This document shows, piece by piece, positions 24,096 through 37,444 of a DNA stretch of 64,000 bases; the first letter of the stretch is position 1, and every line of letters begins with the position of its first letter. A program made the position numbers and the translations under genes. Source of the DNA: Camelus ferus (lineage: Eukaryota); the NCBI RefSeq assembly GCF_009834535.1, contig NC_045696.1, positions 14,758,001 through 14,822,000 of the forward strand, in the 5' to 3' direction. The notes below the pieces were generated by a model that saw only the letters and a program-made list of their open reading frames with translations, was not told the DNA's origin and did no database searches.

Positions 24096-26085
24096 GTTTG
24101 ATGTACAGAGTTAAATTAAAACTAAAAATAAAAACAACTGAAACACACTGATAAGCATCTTGGAAATATCTTACTATCATTTTATTAAACACACAACTTC
24201 AAACTTTTTTTTTTCATGACATTTGAATTCTTTGTTAAATGCTCAAAAAATCAGTTCTCTGAAGGAATTAATTTTAGTTATTAGTGAATGTACATAGTAT
24301 ACTATTACCAACAGAACATAGAGAGAACTGTAAGAAATGGTCAGTTGAATGATTTTGGAATTTAATATGCTTCTAAGAAAGATATCTATCGCTTGACAGA
24401 TACGGTCTTCTGGACCGAATTTTTTTGTAAGCAATTATTTGTTTAAAGGACAAGAACATTAATTTTAAGTGCTAGTACATCAACGCATTACCTGAAGGTA
24501 ATTAAACTGTGTGGTAAGATTACTGATGAAGTAGCCTACTATTAGAAATACAATTGATCATTTTTCTCTGAATCAGTCTTTCCTCCTGTTCTAGAAGCAA
24601 CCTCCTTAGAGTTTCCGTCCATAAAAATATGCAAGTCATGCACTGTAGTTAAATTTTCTAGTTGCTTAATGCGCCAACATTTTTCCTGGCACAATTCAGT
24701 TCCTCTTTTTCCTCTTAAACCTGACAGAAATATGGCAGAATGATTTGATCAAATATTTGATACACTTATTAAAACTATCTATTGTACATGTATGCTGACA
24801 ATTCAATTTGGTTTTTGCTCCAAATCAAGAAGGTACATAATTAAATAATATATATAATTTCAAAATATATATAATTTTAAGCCTGTTAGTGTGCCATCCA
24901 TTCGTAATTTTAGCACCACCTGTCTTTTATTTACTTCCTTTAGAATCAGTCTTGGTTTGCTTTATAACTAGGTGCAAAATGTTACTTAACTTTCACAATA
25001 GATGACTCAAATTCAAAATTGAGTTTGAACTCTGCCAATTGATCATTCGCTTTCAAAGCATATGACTGTGGTCTCAACCAAAGGCATTAATGGAATTAAA
25101 CAGTGGCATGAGAATGGTGCATTCAAATCTTGTCAGCAAAATAAAGTTTGGAGCTGTCTGTCATAAAATGCTAGGAAAGCGAAATCATATCCTTCACTGA
25201 TTTGACTGCTGTCAGTTTGTCCTTGTATTAAGCTAATCACACACTTTGTCACTGTGATCTCATCTCTTCGTAATTGCCTTTACTAAGTTGTAAGCAAATG
25301 TTCTGCTCTTTTGTATTGCAAGCCAATGCCTTTTTTTAAGCCACTAAAGAATGTAGCAAATATTAACAGATAGAGAAGTCTATCAGAAAGGATAGTGAAC
25401 AATTTTTAAATAAGACACTATTTTACAGGTACATTTTAGAAGGAACACAACAGTTGAAACCATTTTAAAAGATGAAGCCAGTGAGAGCCTGCATCAAACA
25501 TGAAGTTATATGAGAAAGTGAGAAGGCACCCTGGACATCGGGTCACAGATAAGGAATGGTGGTATGTAGTATATTAATAGTTTAGATTGTCAAAAAGGAA
25601 ATATTAATGAATAATAATGGAAGAATAACCATCTGACTATTTGAAGTGTCTTACATTGCCCCTGTAATACAGGGGGGATGGAAAAAGAACTTTCTCTAGA
25701 AAAGAAAAAAAAAAGCCTAATATTTATTGATTATTAAATTGTTTACTATTTTTACCTCTTTGACCAGCATACTCATCTTTCAACTAGAAAGAAGTTGAGT
25801 TTTCTCCATTAAAAGAAAATAAATTGGAAAAATGCTTTTTAAAAGCAGTTATATTGTGTTAATTTTCTTTCATTCTGCTATCCTATTTTATTTTTTGTAA
25901 AGTATCTCCTATTAGTGGTTTATTTCTAACAACACTATTTTGGCAAAATGTATTCTCACTATAACTCTTTAAAATTTGATTTCTACCCAAAGCATTTTGT
26001 GGAAATCACACTAACAAAATTCAGCAGTGGTTCTTGAATTCACTAATGCTCAATCTGTTTCAAACTCAATACTCTCAATTAAAGA

Positions 26086-26311
26086 ATGTAGTCTGGTGCA
26101 GCCATTATGGAAAACAGTACAGAGATTCCTTTAAAAACTAAAAATAGACTTACCCTATGACCCAGCAATCCCACTCCTGGGCATATATCTAGAGGAAACT
26201 CTAATTCAAAAAGACACATGCACCCCAATGTTCATAGCAGCACTATCTACAATAGCCCAGACATGGAAGCAAACTAAGTATCCAACAACAGATGACTGGA
26301 TAAAGAAGTTG

Positions 26312-26350
<39 letters not shown>

Positions 26351-26905
26351 ATGTATATATATAATGTATATATACACACATATATATTATATATAATATA
26401 CATTTTATATATATACACATACACACACATATATATAATGGAATACTACTTAGCCATAAAAAAGAATAAAATAATTCCTTTTGCAGAAACATGGATTGAC
26501 CTGGAGGTCGTTATACTAAATGAAGTAAGCCAGAAAGAGAAAGAAAAACACCCTATGATATCACTTATATGTGGAATCTATAGAAATGACACAAATGAAC
26601 TTTACAAAACAATAATAGACTCACAGACATAGAAAACAAACTTATGGTTATTGAGGGGGCTGGTGGGGGTAGAGGGATAAATTGAGAGTTCGGGATTTGT
26701 AGATGATAAATACTATACATAAAGTAGATAAACAACAGTTCCTACTGTATAGCACAGGGAACTGTCTATATTTAATACCTTCTAGTTTCCGATAATGAAA
26801 AATAATATGAAAAAGAACATATATGTATGTATGTGTAACTGAATCACTATGCTGTACACCAGAAATTAATACAACATTGTAAACCTACTGTATGTTAATT
26901 TAAAA
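26086..26905 (+). mobile_element. Young L1: ORF2 C-terminus plus 3' UTR, 5'-truncated
   Basis: tggtgcagccattatggaaaacag...gacccagcaatcccactcctgggcatatatc...ctgtatagcacagggaact...; close homolog of 46310-46990. Confidence 0.93.
26314..26437 (+). repeat. Compound (GT)17/(TA)n/(CA)n microsatellite inside L1
   Basis: Direct reading of the sequence. Confidence 0.95.
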
Positions 26906-29900
26906 AATGTGGACTTCTTTGGCTCTGTGAAATCTCACTGTGCTTATTCAACTACTACTCTTTGTCCAGTTTGTATTTGATTCATTTATGAGCTCATAAT
27001 TTTGCTACTTTCAAAAGTCTGGTTAGTCCTGCACTAATTTACTTTCCACCCTTAAAGAAGTACATGGTGAAATTCACCAGCATATGTTTTCAGGAATTTA
27101 AATGCATACCTCTACCTTCAAACTCACTGAAACTGTGGTTTCATATTTCCCTCTACCTATGAAATATTCTACTTACATATTAATAAATATCTCTTTATAT
27201 ATTTATTAATAAATAGTTCTATTTATTACCTTGATCTCATTAAATCTGAATTGAATACACTACTTTTCTACTCCAAACCATTTACCAAAAAAAATTTTAC
27301 TATTTCTGATGATGTCACTACTAATTTTTCAATATCCATATTTAAAAACCTTGGCATCATTGTGCCTCCTTATCTTTCTTCTCCATCCTCCAACAATACC
27401 ATATGTTCTAGCTGTGAAGATCATGTCCGGTACATTCCATAATGAAAACCTGGAAAATATTGATGGATTAATAATAAACTTCATATTTGAGATTAATAGT
27501 TGTTTTATTTTTAATTCTATGACACTGGCTAATAACAGCCTCTTTTCTATGGAGAAGCCAAGATTACAGACTTTCAGTTGCAATTTTGCGGTTCGTTTCA
27601 GATTCAACACTCCTTATATTTTCGGGCCAAGCTCACTAGGTGTTGGGATCAATCCAAAATTCTTGGATCATTTTAGCCTCTCATTATACATAAAATCATG
27701 ACATTTGGGGGTGTGGTGGTAACCAGGAGGGGGTTGTTGTTGAGCACATATTCCCAAGAAATGTCTTAAATGACACATATTAATTTCTGGATTTGGGACA
27801 TGGAAGTTGCCAAGTACACCTATGAGGCATTCCAAGTTCAATACCTGACCTTAATAATTCATAACAGTGTTACTACTTTTAATGTAACAATGCAGGGGTG
27901 AGCAGCTTTTAACTGCTCCTTACAGTTGTTTCAAGATGGTCTTGAGAACAGAGCAGTTTCCAGATTCCAGCACATTTTAGCAGGCAAACTTCAATCAGGA
28001 TTTCGTCTCTCCACCGGTACCACCGTACCGCTGCTCTACAGAGGTATAGATACTCACGTCTCTTAAGAACACTAATAGCAAGATTTCCAGAAGGAAATTT
28101 TTACTTTAGACTGTTCGATTTGATACCTTTCCTATCAAGACGTTGAGACGTCATTTTAATCAATTGCAATCTGTCCATTTATTAGCAGCATTTCTGACTT
28201 CACAGTTTACGTTTGCCATATTCTTTCAATCTTCCTAAAATTTTCTTTCATTTAAGGATGTTAAGCTTTCCCACAGAAGAAAATATGAAAAGCCAAATTT
28301 GATTTAATATCTCCCATGGGAAATGGTGTGACTACCGAAATTAACAGCAAAAAGAAAGCAAATGGTGTCATAGGTAACTTGATCTATCTACTCATTTAAT
28401 TTTAGCTGAATGAAACTATAAATAAAATTCAAGCTTTCTTCTAAATTAGGAAAGGAAATGAATCAGACAACTAAGATAAAGTTGGATTTGAGAAAATTCA
28501 GGAAGTGAGAAACAAGTCTATTTCCATTCTTATTGTTATTTGAAACAATATGTTTCTTCCCACTTTGGACTTGTATCATTCTCAAAAAAAAAAAAAAAAA
28601 AAAGGAGCACAAAGCCCTTTTATATCAAAGAGTTTAAGACAAAAGCAGGACTCATTTGAAGATTTCTATGAATATGTATTTACTTCCAGCCTGAAATCCG
28701 TTCTTGAATGAGCAGTAGCTGGTAGAAAGCTGGCCCGTTGGAACCAGGAAAGACAAGAACTCTTAATCGATTCCAACCTTGTAATGTACAGCCTGTGTGG
28801 TCTCATTTGCAAAACCCATCCTGGATCTGCTTACCTACATCAGACAGGATTCACTTGTACTTGGAAAGTGCTTGAGGGAGTAAAATCGTAATTACCAGGG
28901 TCATTGTTTTCTAATTAACAAGCTTTTCAATTCTCTTTTTTCAGTAAAGCAATGATGCTCACAAAACTGCAGAACCTAATTTTTTAAACAAAAATATTTT
29001 TATCATTAACCTACAGAGGAGAATATTTCTTCAAAACCATTTTAGGATATGATGACGTCTCTTCGTAATCATTTTCTTTAATTTAATATGACCTGATTAT
29101 TCCCTACAGTAACAATGTGTCCTCTTAAAATAACAATGGCGCCAGAGAGATCCTTTCGTAGGAGTAAACTCAAAAATAAGTTCTGTATCTTGACTGGCTG
29201 GCCTTCCTTTTGAACCTTGTGCTGTCCTAAAGGGTTCCTGTAGGAAATTATAAAAATAACTGAGGTCCTAATGAGAAAACAAGTCTTTAAAGCATTATTC
29301 AGAGATTGTCTTCCCCTGTGTTGTATTTATACGTGACAGGGTTCTATTGTTTTATGTCATTATTCATGATCTCAAACTGTCTGTTCTAATTTCCAAGAAG
29401 TGCTAAGCAAAGGGAGGGTTTCAAATTCAAGAAGAAGTTTTTCCCCTTTCACTGAAAATGGAATTGTAGATGGAAATATGGTTGATTAGATAAATGGCAC
29501 TTGTTTACTTGTGAGTTTCTATAAATGTAGCTGAGCATTCTTTGTTTCAAAGATGAAAAGGTACAATTTGGGCAAAAGTTAGTCACAAGAAATTCTCCTC
29601 ATACTATGAAACAGATTAGAAATGTTAAATTTCTGTTGATTTCACATTAAACCTTTTGTTTTTAATGTTATCGTTGCAAAGGGCATGCATCATTATTTTT
29701 TATGTATATACTCAAGCGACTCTGAATAAAGAAAAATAAGGTTGCATTGTAATGTGGGACATGAGATTGTATTTATTATTTTCTGTGTTAGCAATTAAAG
29801 AGCATTCTGGATTATTTCAAGAATATTTACTCTTTTAATTCCAATTATTGCAGAAAAGTATATTGGTATAAATTTGGCAGATATTAGTATCAGACTGTGA

Positions 29901-30809
29901 AAAACAATGGGACAGTGCTAGTCAGCATTATGCTCTTTGTAGGAATTTTAATGAGTAAAAAACATACTTCAGTGAACATGGCCCTTCAATTTTACAACAT
30001 CTAAAGCTTTGTTCTATTGGTAATTTTTGTCATTCTGGGCTGGCTCATTATGCTGAAATTAATTTTAGTTACATGTGGAGCCTTGGGGAAAGAAGTAAGG
30101 AGAGCATCATATTGTGCATTCACTGGTGTGCAAAGCTACCTGGTGACATATTTTTACCTGTCTTCATGTCTAATTTGTCAAATCACTAAATGGCCTCCAA
30201 CATTCAATGTGCTGGAAAGAAAGACAGTTAGGTAAGCACATCACCCTCCACAGATAGGTTTACATCCAGCCTGAAGTGTGCATTATCCAATCTTGGAAGA
30301 GTCAAGATTTATTTTAAACAGTATTCAAAAATTAGAGTGACTTTTTTTTTTTTTTTTGCATCTTCAGACAGAAACTAGCAAAATACTCTAGGCATGAACA
30401 GTCAGTCACAAATATTTGTAGATTAATATGTGAATGAAAAATTATGAATGTAGTTCTCTCAACTCTGACAAAACACAAGGCTTCTACCTGAGGGGTGGAT
30501 GTTTACACTTTCTACTCTGTGTTACAGCTATAATAGATAAGAAACAGAGTCCTAGTAATGATATTAACTGCAATGCTTTATTCAGAATGTGGCCTGCAGT
30601 CAATTAAAATAATTGCAGATCTTTGAAAACACTGTGTAAACCAAACACAGTCATACCCATTAAAACTTCAGTAGTAAGTTGGTGGCTGCCATAAGCTGCT
30701 CAGAGAGGGGTTGTTCATCCAAACTTTTGAATTCAGGAATTGTTGAAATAGCAGTAAACATGGATAACACTTTCCCTGTTAATCCTAATGGCAGTGAAGC
30801 ATCTCAGTT

Positions 30810-31470
30810 AGTGCGTAGAGAAACTCCCACAACAGAAAGCCCACCAAATGTGTGGGCAAGCCCCCCAAGATGTGTGGGTCCTTGCTCACAAACTGATTCC
30901 ATAACGGGAAAACCCACCAAATGTGTAGGCAAGCCCCCCAAGATGTGTGGGCCCTTGCTCACCAACTAAGAAAGAATACTCAATAGAGGCAGAGGGACAA
31001 AGTGAAAAAGAAAGCTGCTTTATTACTCAGAAAGGGAAGGAAAAAAAAATGAAGAAAGAAAAACCTCAAGTGGGGAGCCATTAGCCAGGTAGCTGGTCTA
31101 GACAGTTCCATCCCCCAGTTGGGCCATGGAGTCTCTTATTGGAAGACTCTGCCATCATTATCTTCATTCTGGTGGTGTCATTCATTTTCTATTACAAGCT
31201 CTTTCCTCCCATGGAACCCAGCCCTAAAAACAGAAATTTCAGCAGGAGAAAGAGATACTGGCATACGTCCTTGAGATCAATGCAGCGATTGTGGGACATA
31301 GGGACATAAAATGTCTTGTTGTATGGCTGTGTCCTTGGAACCAAGAGGCCAACTGCAGGATAGAAAAATGTCCTGTTTTTCAACAGCCTGGCATTTTCTT
31401 CCCCTTCTGGTTAATCAGCCAGGGTCAGTAAGCCTGTCTAATCACCTCTTTCATTTCTATCCTGATACGT
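30810..31470 (-). mobile_element. Probable ERV solo LTR with internal tandem duplication
   Basis: Minus-strand AATAAA (ctttatt at ~31018-31025), LTR-like composition, ~73-bp tandem repeat; termini not pinned down. Confidence 0.55.
30827..30968 (+). repeat. Two-copy ~73-bp tandem repeat
   Basis: cccaccaaatgtgt(g/a)ggcaagccccccaagatgtgtggg(t/c)ccttgctcac present at 30840 and 30913. Confidence 0.92.
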
Positions 31471-33034
31471 CATTTATAAAACAATGATTCTTGACGTTTA
31501 CTTAAGACCCTGTCCGCCTACCTCAATTTCCACTTCTGACTTGGTGACAGTTGGTTCATCAGCTTATACTGAGTCCAGGATGACAATCAATTGGGTGAAA
31601 CTATTGCTAGGCTGTCACTTGAAACATGGCTGACATCCTGTGTCCCTTAGCTGTGTACTTACAATAATGGAAGTTCACTGCTAGTGATCACCATTGTGAC
31701 AATTCAACTTTTTCTTCTGCTAATTTAAGAGAACGTTTTGGTCTTGCTCCTTGACCTTTGCTGCAGCTCTTTTGTCTCCGGGTTGGGCTCCATGCCTCCA
31801 GCAGCTAGTGAGCTGATGTTATACCCCCTTTCTCGATGATAACTGTCCTCTGAACTATCTTTCTTACTGATGCTTTGTTCACCAAATTACAATTCTTAAA
31901 TTAGCACATAATAAAGTAGCCAGCCTCTCCCAACTTCTAATGTTTAAATATTAATGCTCTTTTATTTATCTTGTTCTGTCCAGATATGGGCTACTTCATA
32001 ATGTTGTTTCTAAAAGTTCTCTGTAATCAGAAATTAACAGTGACCTTAAACTGAACATGAACTGGTGACTCTTCCATCACCCGTGAACTTAGCAGTTTTA
32101 TCTATTTCTTTAACCTTAGCTATTAGCACCTTGTCTGGCTCCTGCCCATATTTACTCTGCAGTGTGAGTCTGATTCCTCCTGTGCTCCCTAGTTCTTCTG
32201 GACCATTTCTAATTCCGTTGTGGACTCGATCCCACTCAGACTTCTACTTTCCTCCTCTTCAGTCAAATTCTGACCTTTTCTCTGCATCTCATGCTGTCAG
32301 TGCCTTTGGTCAGGTGCGCCAAAGAGCAGCAAAGCTTTGAAGATGGCACCTGATTTGTGGAAATGTTAGTTACCATTTGAATTTCCTTTATTTCACTATG
32401 TTAGCATTCTTCACCCAGTTTATAGAGTTTGACATTATCTAGGATTGAAATGAATACCCAGTCTATCAGACATTATAGGGGTGTGTGTGTGTGTTCTGCA
32501 TACCAGAGGTATCTACAAAGAAGTATTTAGATCTGTTTACTCTTGAAATAGGTGGTTGCAATGATGAAGAGTATCTGAATATTTACCTTTATAAATGTAG
32601 CCAAAAGACTTCAAGCAATTAAAGTACTTAGTATAAATAAGTGATGAGAAAATATCATGCCAGCATTATCTTAGAGTTTTAATGAAGCAAAAATACCCAT
32701 TTCCTTTTAAATAAATGGTGTGCATTAGATTGGACTCTACCCTTTTGTTTTTCACATCACATATTCATGCATCATTAAATATCAAGTGAGTTCGAATTTC
32801 CATGATGGATGTAGAGATTGTCCAAGAACCAGGAGTGTATCAAGGTAGCAAATGTAGACATCGAAGACATGGTGTGTCGGGAGACATGGCTTCCAGCCTG
32901 ACTCTCCTTTCCCGGGAAGCTGGCTGCTTGATCTGAGACAGGTTGCCCACCTTTTGGTGTCAATATTCTGTAATCTTGAAAAAGTGGGGCTTGGATTAAA
33001 AATCTATAAGGCCACTTACAAACCACTAAGTTTG

Positions 33035-34690
33035 TAATTTTTTCATTAATTTTGTTGTAATAACATGAAGCTTACTATCATAATCATTTTTAAGGACCCA
33101 GTTCAGTAGTATTAAATATATTCACATTGTTGTGAAACAAATCTCTAGAACTTTTTTTGTATTACAAATCTGAAACTCTATACCCATTAAACAATGACTC
33201 CATTTTCCCTTCTTCCCCCAGTCCTTGATAACCATCATTATACTTTGTGTCTCTTTAAACTTGTCTTCTTTAGATACCTTATACAAGTGGAATCATTTAG
33301 CATTTATTTATGTGGCACTGGCTTATTTCATTTATCATGAAATCTTCAAGGTTCATTCATGTTATAGCATCTGTTAGGATTTCCTTCCTTTTTCAGGCTG
33401 AGTAACACTTCATTGTATGAATATACCACATTTCTTTATTCATTCGTTGGTAGAGCCTTGAGTCACTTCCATCTCTTTGCTATTGTGAACAGTGTTGCTA
33501 TGAACATAGACATGCAGATATCTCCTCAAGACTCTGCTTTCAATGTTTTGTGTATGCCCAGAAGTGATATGTCTGGATCATATAATAGTTCTATTTTTAA
33601 TTTTTTGAGGAAATTCCATACAGTTTTCCATAGTAGTGACACCATTTTACGATCTCAGTGTGTCATCCTTGCCAGCACTTATTTTCTATTTTTTAATTTA
33701 AATTTTTATTTTTAATAGTAGCCATACTGATGGATGTGAGGTAATATCTCAATGTGATCTTTTTTTAATATTTTTCTTATTGAGTTATAGTCATTTTACA
33801 ATGTTGTGTCAAATTCTAGTGTAGAGCCAGTTTTTCAGTTATTCATGATCATACATATATTCATTGTCACATTTTTTTTTCACTGTGACCTCCCACAAGA
33901 TCTTGTATATGTTTCTCTGTGCTATACAGTATAATCTTGTTTATCTGTTCTACATATGCCTGTCAGTATCTACAAATTTTGAAATCCCATTCTGTCCCTT
34001 CCTATCCCCCACCCTCTTGGCAACCACAAGTTTGTATTCTATGTCTATGAGTCTGTTTCTGTTTGTATTTATGTTGTTTTTTTTTTTTAGATTCCACATA
34101 TGAGTGATCTCATATGGTAGTTTTCTTTCTCTTTCTGTCTTACTTCACTTAGAATGACATTCTCCAGGAACATCCACATTGCTGCAAATGGCTTTATGTT
34201 ATCGGTTTTTATGGCTGAATAGTATTTCATTGTATAAATATACTACATCTTCTTTATCCAATCATCTATTGATCGACATTTAGGCTGTTTAATATCTCAA
34301 TCTGATTTTGATTTGCAGTTTTCTCTTAATTAGTGATGTTGAGCATTGTTTCATATGCTTGCCAGACATTTGTATGCTATGTTTGTAGAAATGTTTATTT
34401 AAGTCCTTTGCTCATTCATAAATTGGGCTGATTTTTTTTGTTGCATTGTAGGATTTTTTATAAATTTGGATATTAGCTCCTTGTCAGATACGATTTGCAA
34501 ATATTTTCTCCCATTCCATAGATTGCCTTTGTTAATTGTATCTTTTGATGCACAAATGTTTTTAACTTTTATGTAGTCCCATTTCTATATGTTTGATTTT
34601 ATTGCCTATTTTTGGTGCCATATCTAAGAAATCACTGTCTAGTCCAATTACATGAAGCTTTACCCCTATGTCTTCTTCTAGGAGTTTTAA
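33035..34690 (-). mobile_element. Older L1 (L1MA/MB-like) 3' region, interrupted by a younger L1
   Basis: cagttcagtagtattaaatatattcacattgttgtg...ctggatcatataatagttctatttttaattttttgagg...tttgcaaatattttctcccattcc. Confidence 0.9.
33759..34289 (-). mobile_element. Young L1 3' end nested in the older L1
   Basis: Reverse complement closely matches 46490-46990; 17-bp TSD taatatctcaat(g/c)tgat at 33742-33758 and 34290-34306. Confidence 0.93.
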
Positions 34691-35777
34691 ATGTATAATT
34701 TTTAAAACTTTGTCTTTTTTTTTAAATCAGAGAATAATTTTCTAATTAAGTGTTGGCCATGAAACTAAAGAGTAATGTAAATTGACAATGATTAAAATTG
34801 TTTTATAGTTTTGTCTCACTGGTCATGGCTGTAACAAACTCATCAATCCATTTTGCTGTGCATGTAGAAAAATTATTACTAGAAATGTTGATCTTTTATT
34901 TCAGAAATGGAAAAATGCTTCAGTTAAATTATATATGTCAAATTTGATCACATAAAATTATTGATTATCTTTATAAGAATTTGTGTGCCTTTTTTCTGTT
35001 CTTCTGTCAAACACTCTCCAACACCTCTCTGCTTATTAAGCCAAGCTTTCTTTTAAGGCCCAGATAAATCCCCATTCATAAGTTTTCTACTGCTTCTTCA
35101 TTCCGTGTTGATCCCTTTTCTCTCCGAGTTAGTTTATACTTAGTCTTTCTTTGCTTTAACTGTCTGTATTCTAACTGCTATTGTTACAGTTCTGTTTGCA
35201 AACAAAGAGGAAATAACACAAAATGCTAACATAAGTTATTTCTAAATTATGAGTTTACACATGACTTTTAATTTCTTCATATGAATCTCTATTTTTCAAG
35301 CATTCTACAGTTATCCTGTATTGTTTTAAAAGCCAGGAAAAAAGTTAATTTATATATACAGAGTGCAAAGGAATTATAATAACTGACAGTTTTTTTTTTT
35401 AATGAGAACATAGAATCACGTTGTTTCTCTACATTGCAGGAAATAGAAATTTTTGTTGAAGAGTGGTATGGAAATGCATGTGTGTGGGTGGGTGTGTGTG
35501 TTGAAAGTGAAGAGTGGAGTGTCGGGACAGGAGATCACTAAGATTTCAGTGATTGTTTTATGCTAGGAAGGGCTCAGTCACTGGATTTTCCTTTTCTGTC
35601 CTTATTAAACTGGTGTCTTGGGAATTACCAGTTTAAATCTCTTGAATATCTTCATGTAGATTGCAAATTCTGAAAATTAAGATAGAATTAATTCCTAATA
35701 ATTTTTAAACTCTAAATACCTAGAGTCTAGAGAAATGGATTTATTAACTTATTTTACAAATAATTGTTGAACAGCAC

Positions 35778-35945
35778 TGTATCAGCCAGGGTCCAATAAA
35801 AGCAGAGAAAACAACACACTTGTTTGAACAGAGAGAGTTTAATATAAAGAATCATTAACTATAACAGAGGATTGGTGTAATAAAGAACAAGGTAGTAATA
35901 ACTCAGAGAACTCTAAAGCGTATAGAACTAGCAGATGCAAGGGGT
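35778..35945 (-). mobile_element. ERV-L LTR fragment (LTR52-like)
   Basis: tgtatcagccagggtccaat...tttgaacagagagagtttaatataaagaatcattaactataacagaggattgg. Confidence 0.55.
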
Positions 35946-37444
35946 GAGGTGCTTTTTATGCCTTCTTTAAAATGAGAAAATTTAACATGTTCATTAACAC
36001 AGTCAGAAAACAAAAACTCTACTTTGCTTGGAAAAATAAGAAGCAAAAATATATAAACTTAAAATTATGCTTAATAATTGATGCTTTGGAATTCAATCCA
36101 CTTGGACAGTATCCAGGTGGCCGATAACTTAATGCTTAATTAAGCAGAGTTTCTGGCACAGACTTTCGTATTGCTATCACTTCGACAATTTTCAGGCTGC
36201 CACAGTGATTCGCATCAGGACTTCCTGGACTTGGTCTGGAAGCAGATGCCCTTTATGGGAAAAGACTGCTGACCCAAGATCCACTGGAAGAAGTAGGATT
36301 GAATAAATTAATGAGGGGGATTTACTTGTTATCTGTTGGTCATCTGACATTGTTTTAAATAGTCTACTATTTATAGGTATTTGAGAACGTTCTTTTTCTT
36401 CTTCACCCATGTCTAACCCTCTGTCTAGCAGGCTATGTGTTTAGAAAGTGAGTAGTTTCAGTAATCATATGCTCATTGCAGTAATAACTATGTGAGAAAT
36501 AAAGTGATGGTTTTATGATAGTGGCAGCAGGTATACAATGGGAGAAGAAAATATAAAATACCCTATTAATGTAGATATTGTAAAATTAATAATTAATTCA
36601 ATACTTAAAAGCTTGATTTCCCTGGACTTCATTTTGAACTATATTATCTGTATAATCCTTGAACTTTATAAAATTCTATGACTCTGTGATCAAAGATGAA
36701 AGAGAATTTTAAGTGCCTAATGTTTCACATTTTGTGGGAACAATAAATTACATAAATAAATACATGTTTAAAAAAACCAAAATAATGGAGTGGTGGTAGG
36801 AAAGAAATAGAAATACTGAGTATAATTTTGAATATGAGTCTTATTTAGTTAAGTTGGGCCATCTAACTAGGAAGTTCTGGTAGACAGTTGGACTTACAGG
36901 ATTGGGTCTTAGGCAAATTATTAGTTTTGAAGATATGCTGCTTGGTAGTCTTCTCAAGTTGTTTTTTCAATTGTGGGGTTCTCTGTAACAAAATTATAGG
37001 CCAATGAGCACAGATCCCATTAATTTTTATTTAAAACAGACTTCACATAAAGTGGAGCTGGGCACAAATGGAGTTGAAATGAATTACAAGGGGGTCATTT
37101 GGATTCAGTCATGGAGTGTTTGAGTTTACAAACTGGCACAAATAACCATCAGACTTGATTTGCTTGAGCTTTGGTTTACTACCAAAACAGGAAAAAAGCA
37201 CTGCTTATGGTATAGAGTAAAGAATGAGTATGAATAAACAACTTATGGGGCAATGCCATTAAAATGAGGGAGAAGTCACCTTGTCATTCAAGAAAAATCC
37301 CAGCTGCTTCTCATTTATATACTTGAGGCTCCTAAGTTGTACTATGACACTAGCCATGACCTTCAAAGGGTCATATAAAAATAAGACCTTCTGATATTCG
37401 TACAGTGATAATGTCAAAGCATCTTTACGAATAAATGCATTTGA

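Noticed and set aside
26206..26632. ORFs rich in HT/CV/YI repeats
   Set aside because: Translations of a dinucleotide microsatellite inside L1.
27309..27701. 130-aa hydrophobic ORF
   Set aside because: Overlaps decayed L2-like, T-rich sequence; no homology recognised.
30827..30968. CRISPR-like repeat array
   Set aside because: Only two contiguous copies, no unique spacers, no cas genes, mammalian LTR context.
36190..36380. Coding exon after ttttcag acceptor
   Set aside because: No recognisable protein in the frames I read, and the donor is weak.
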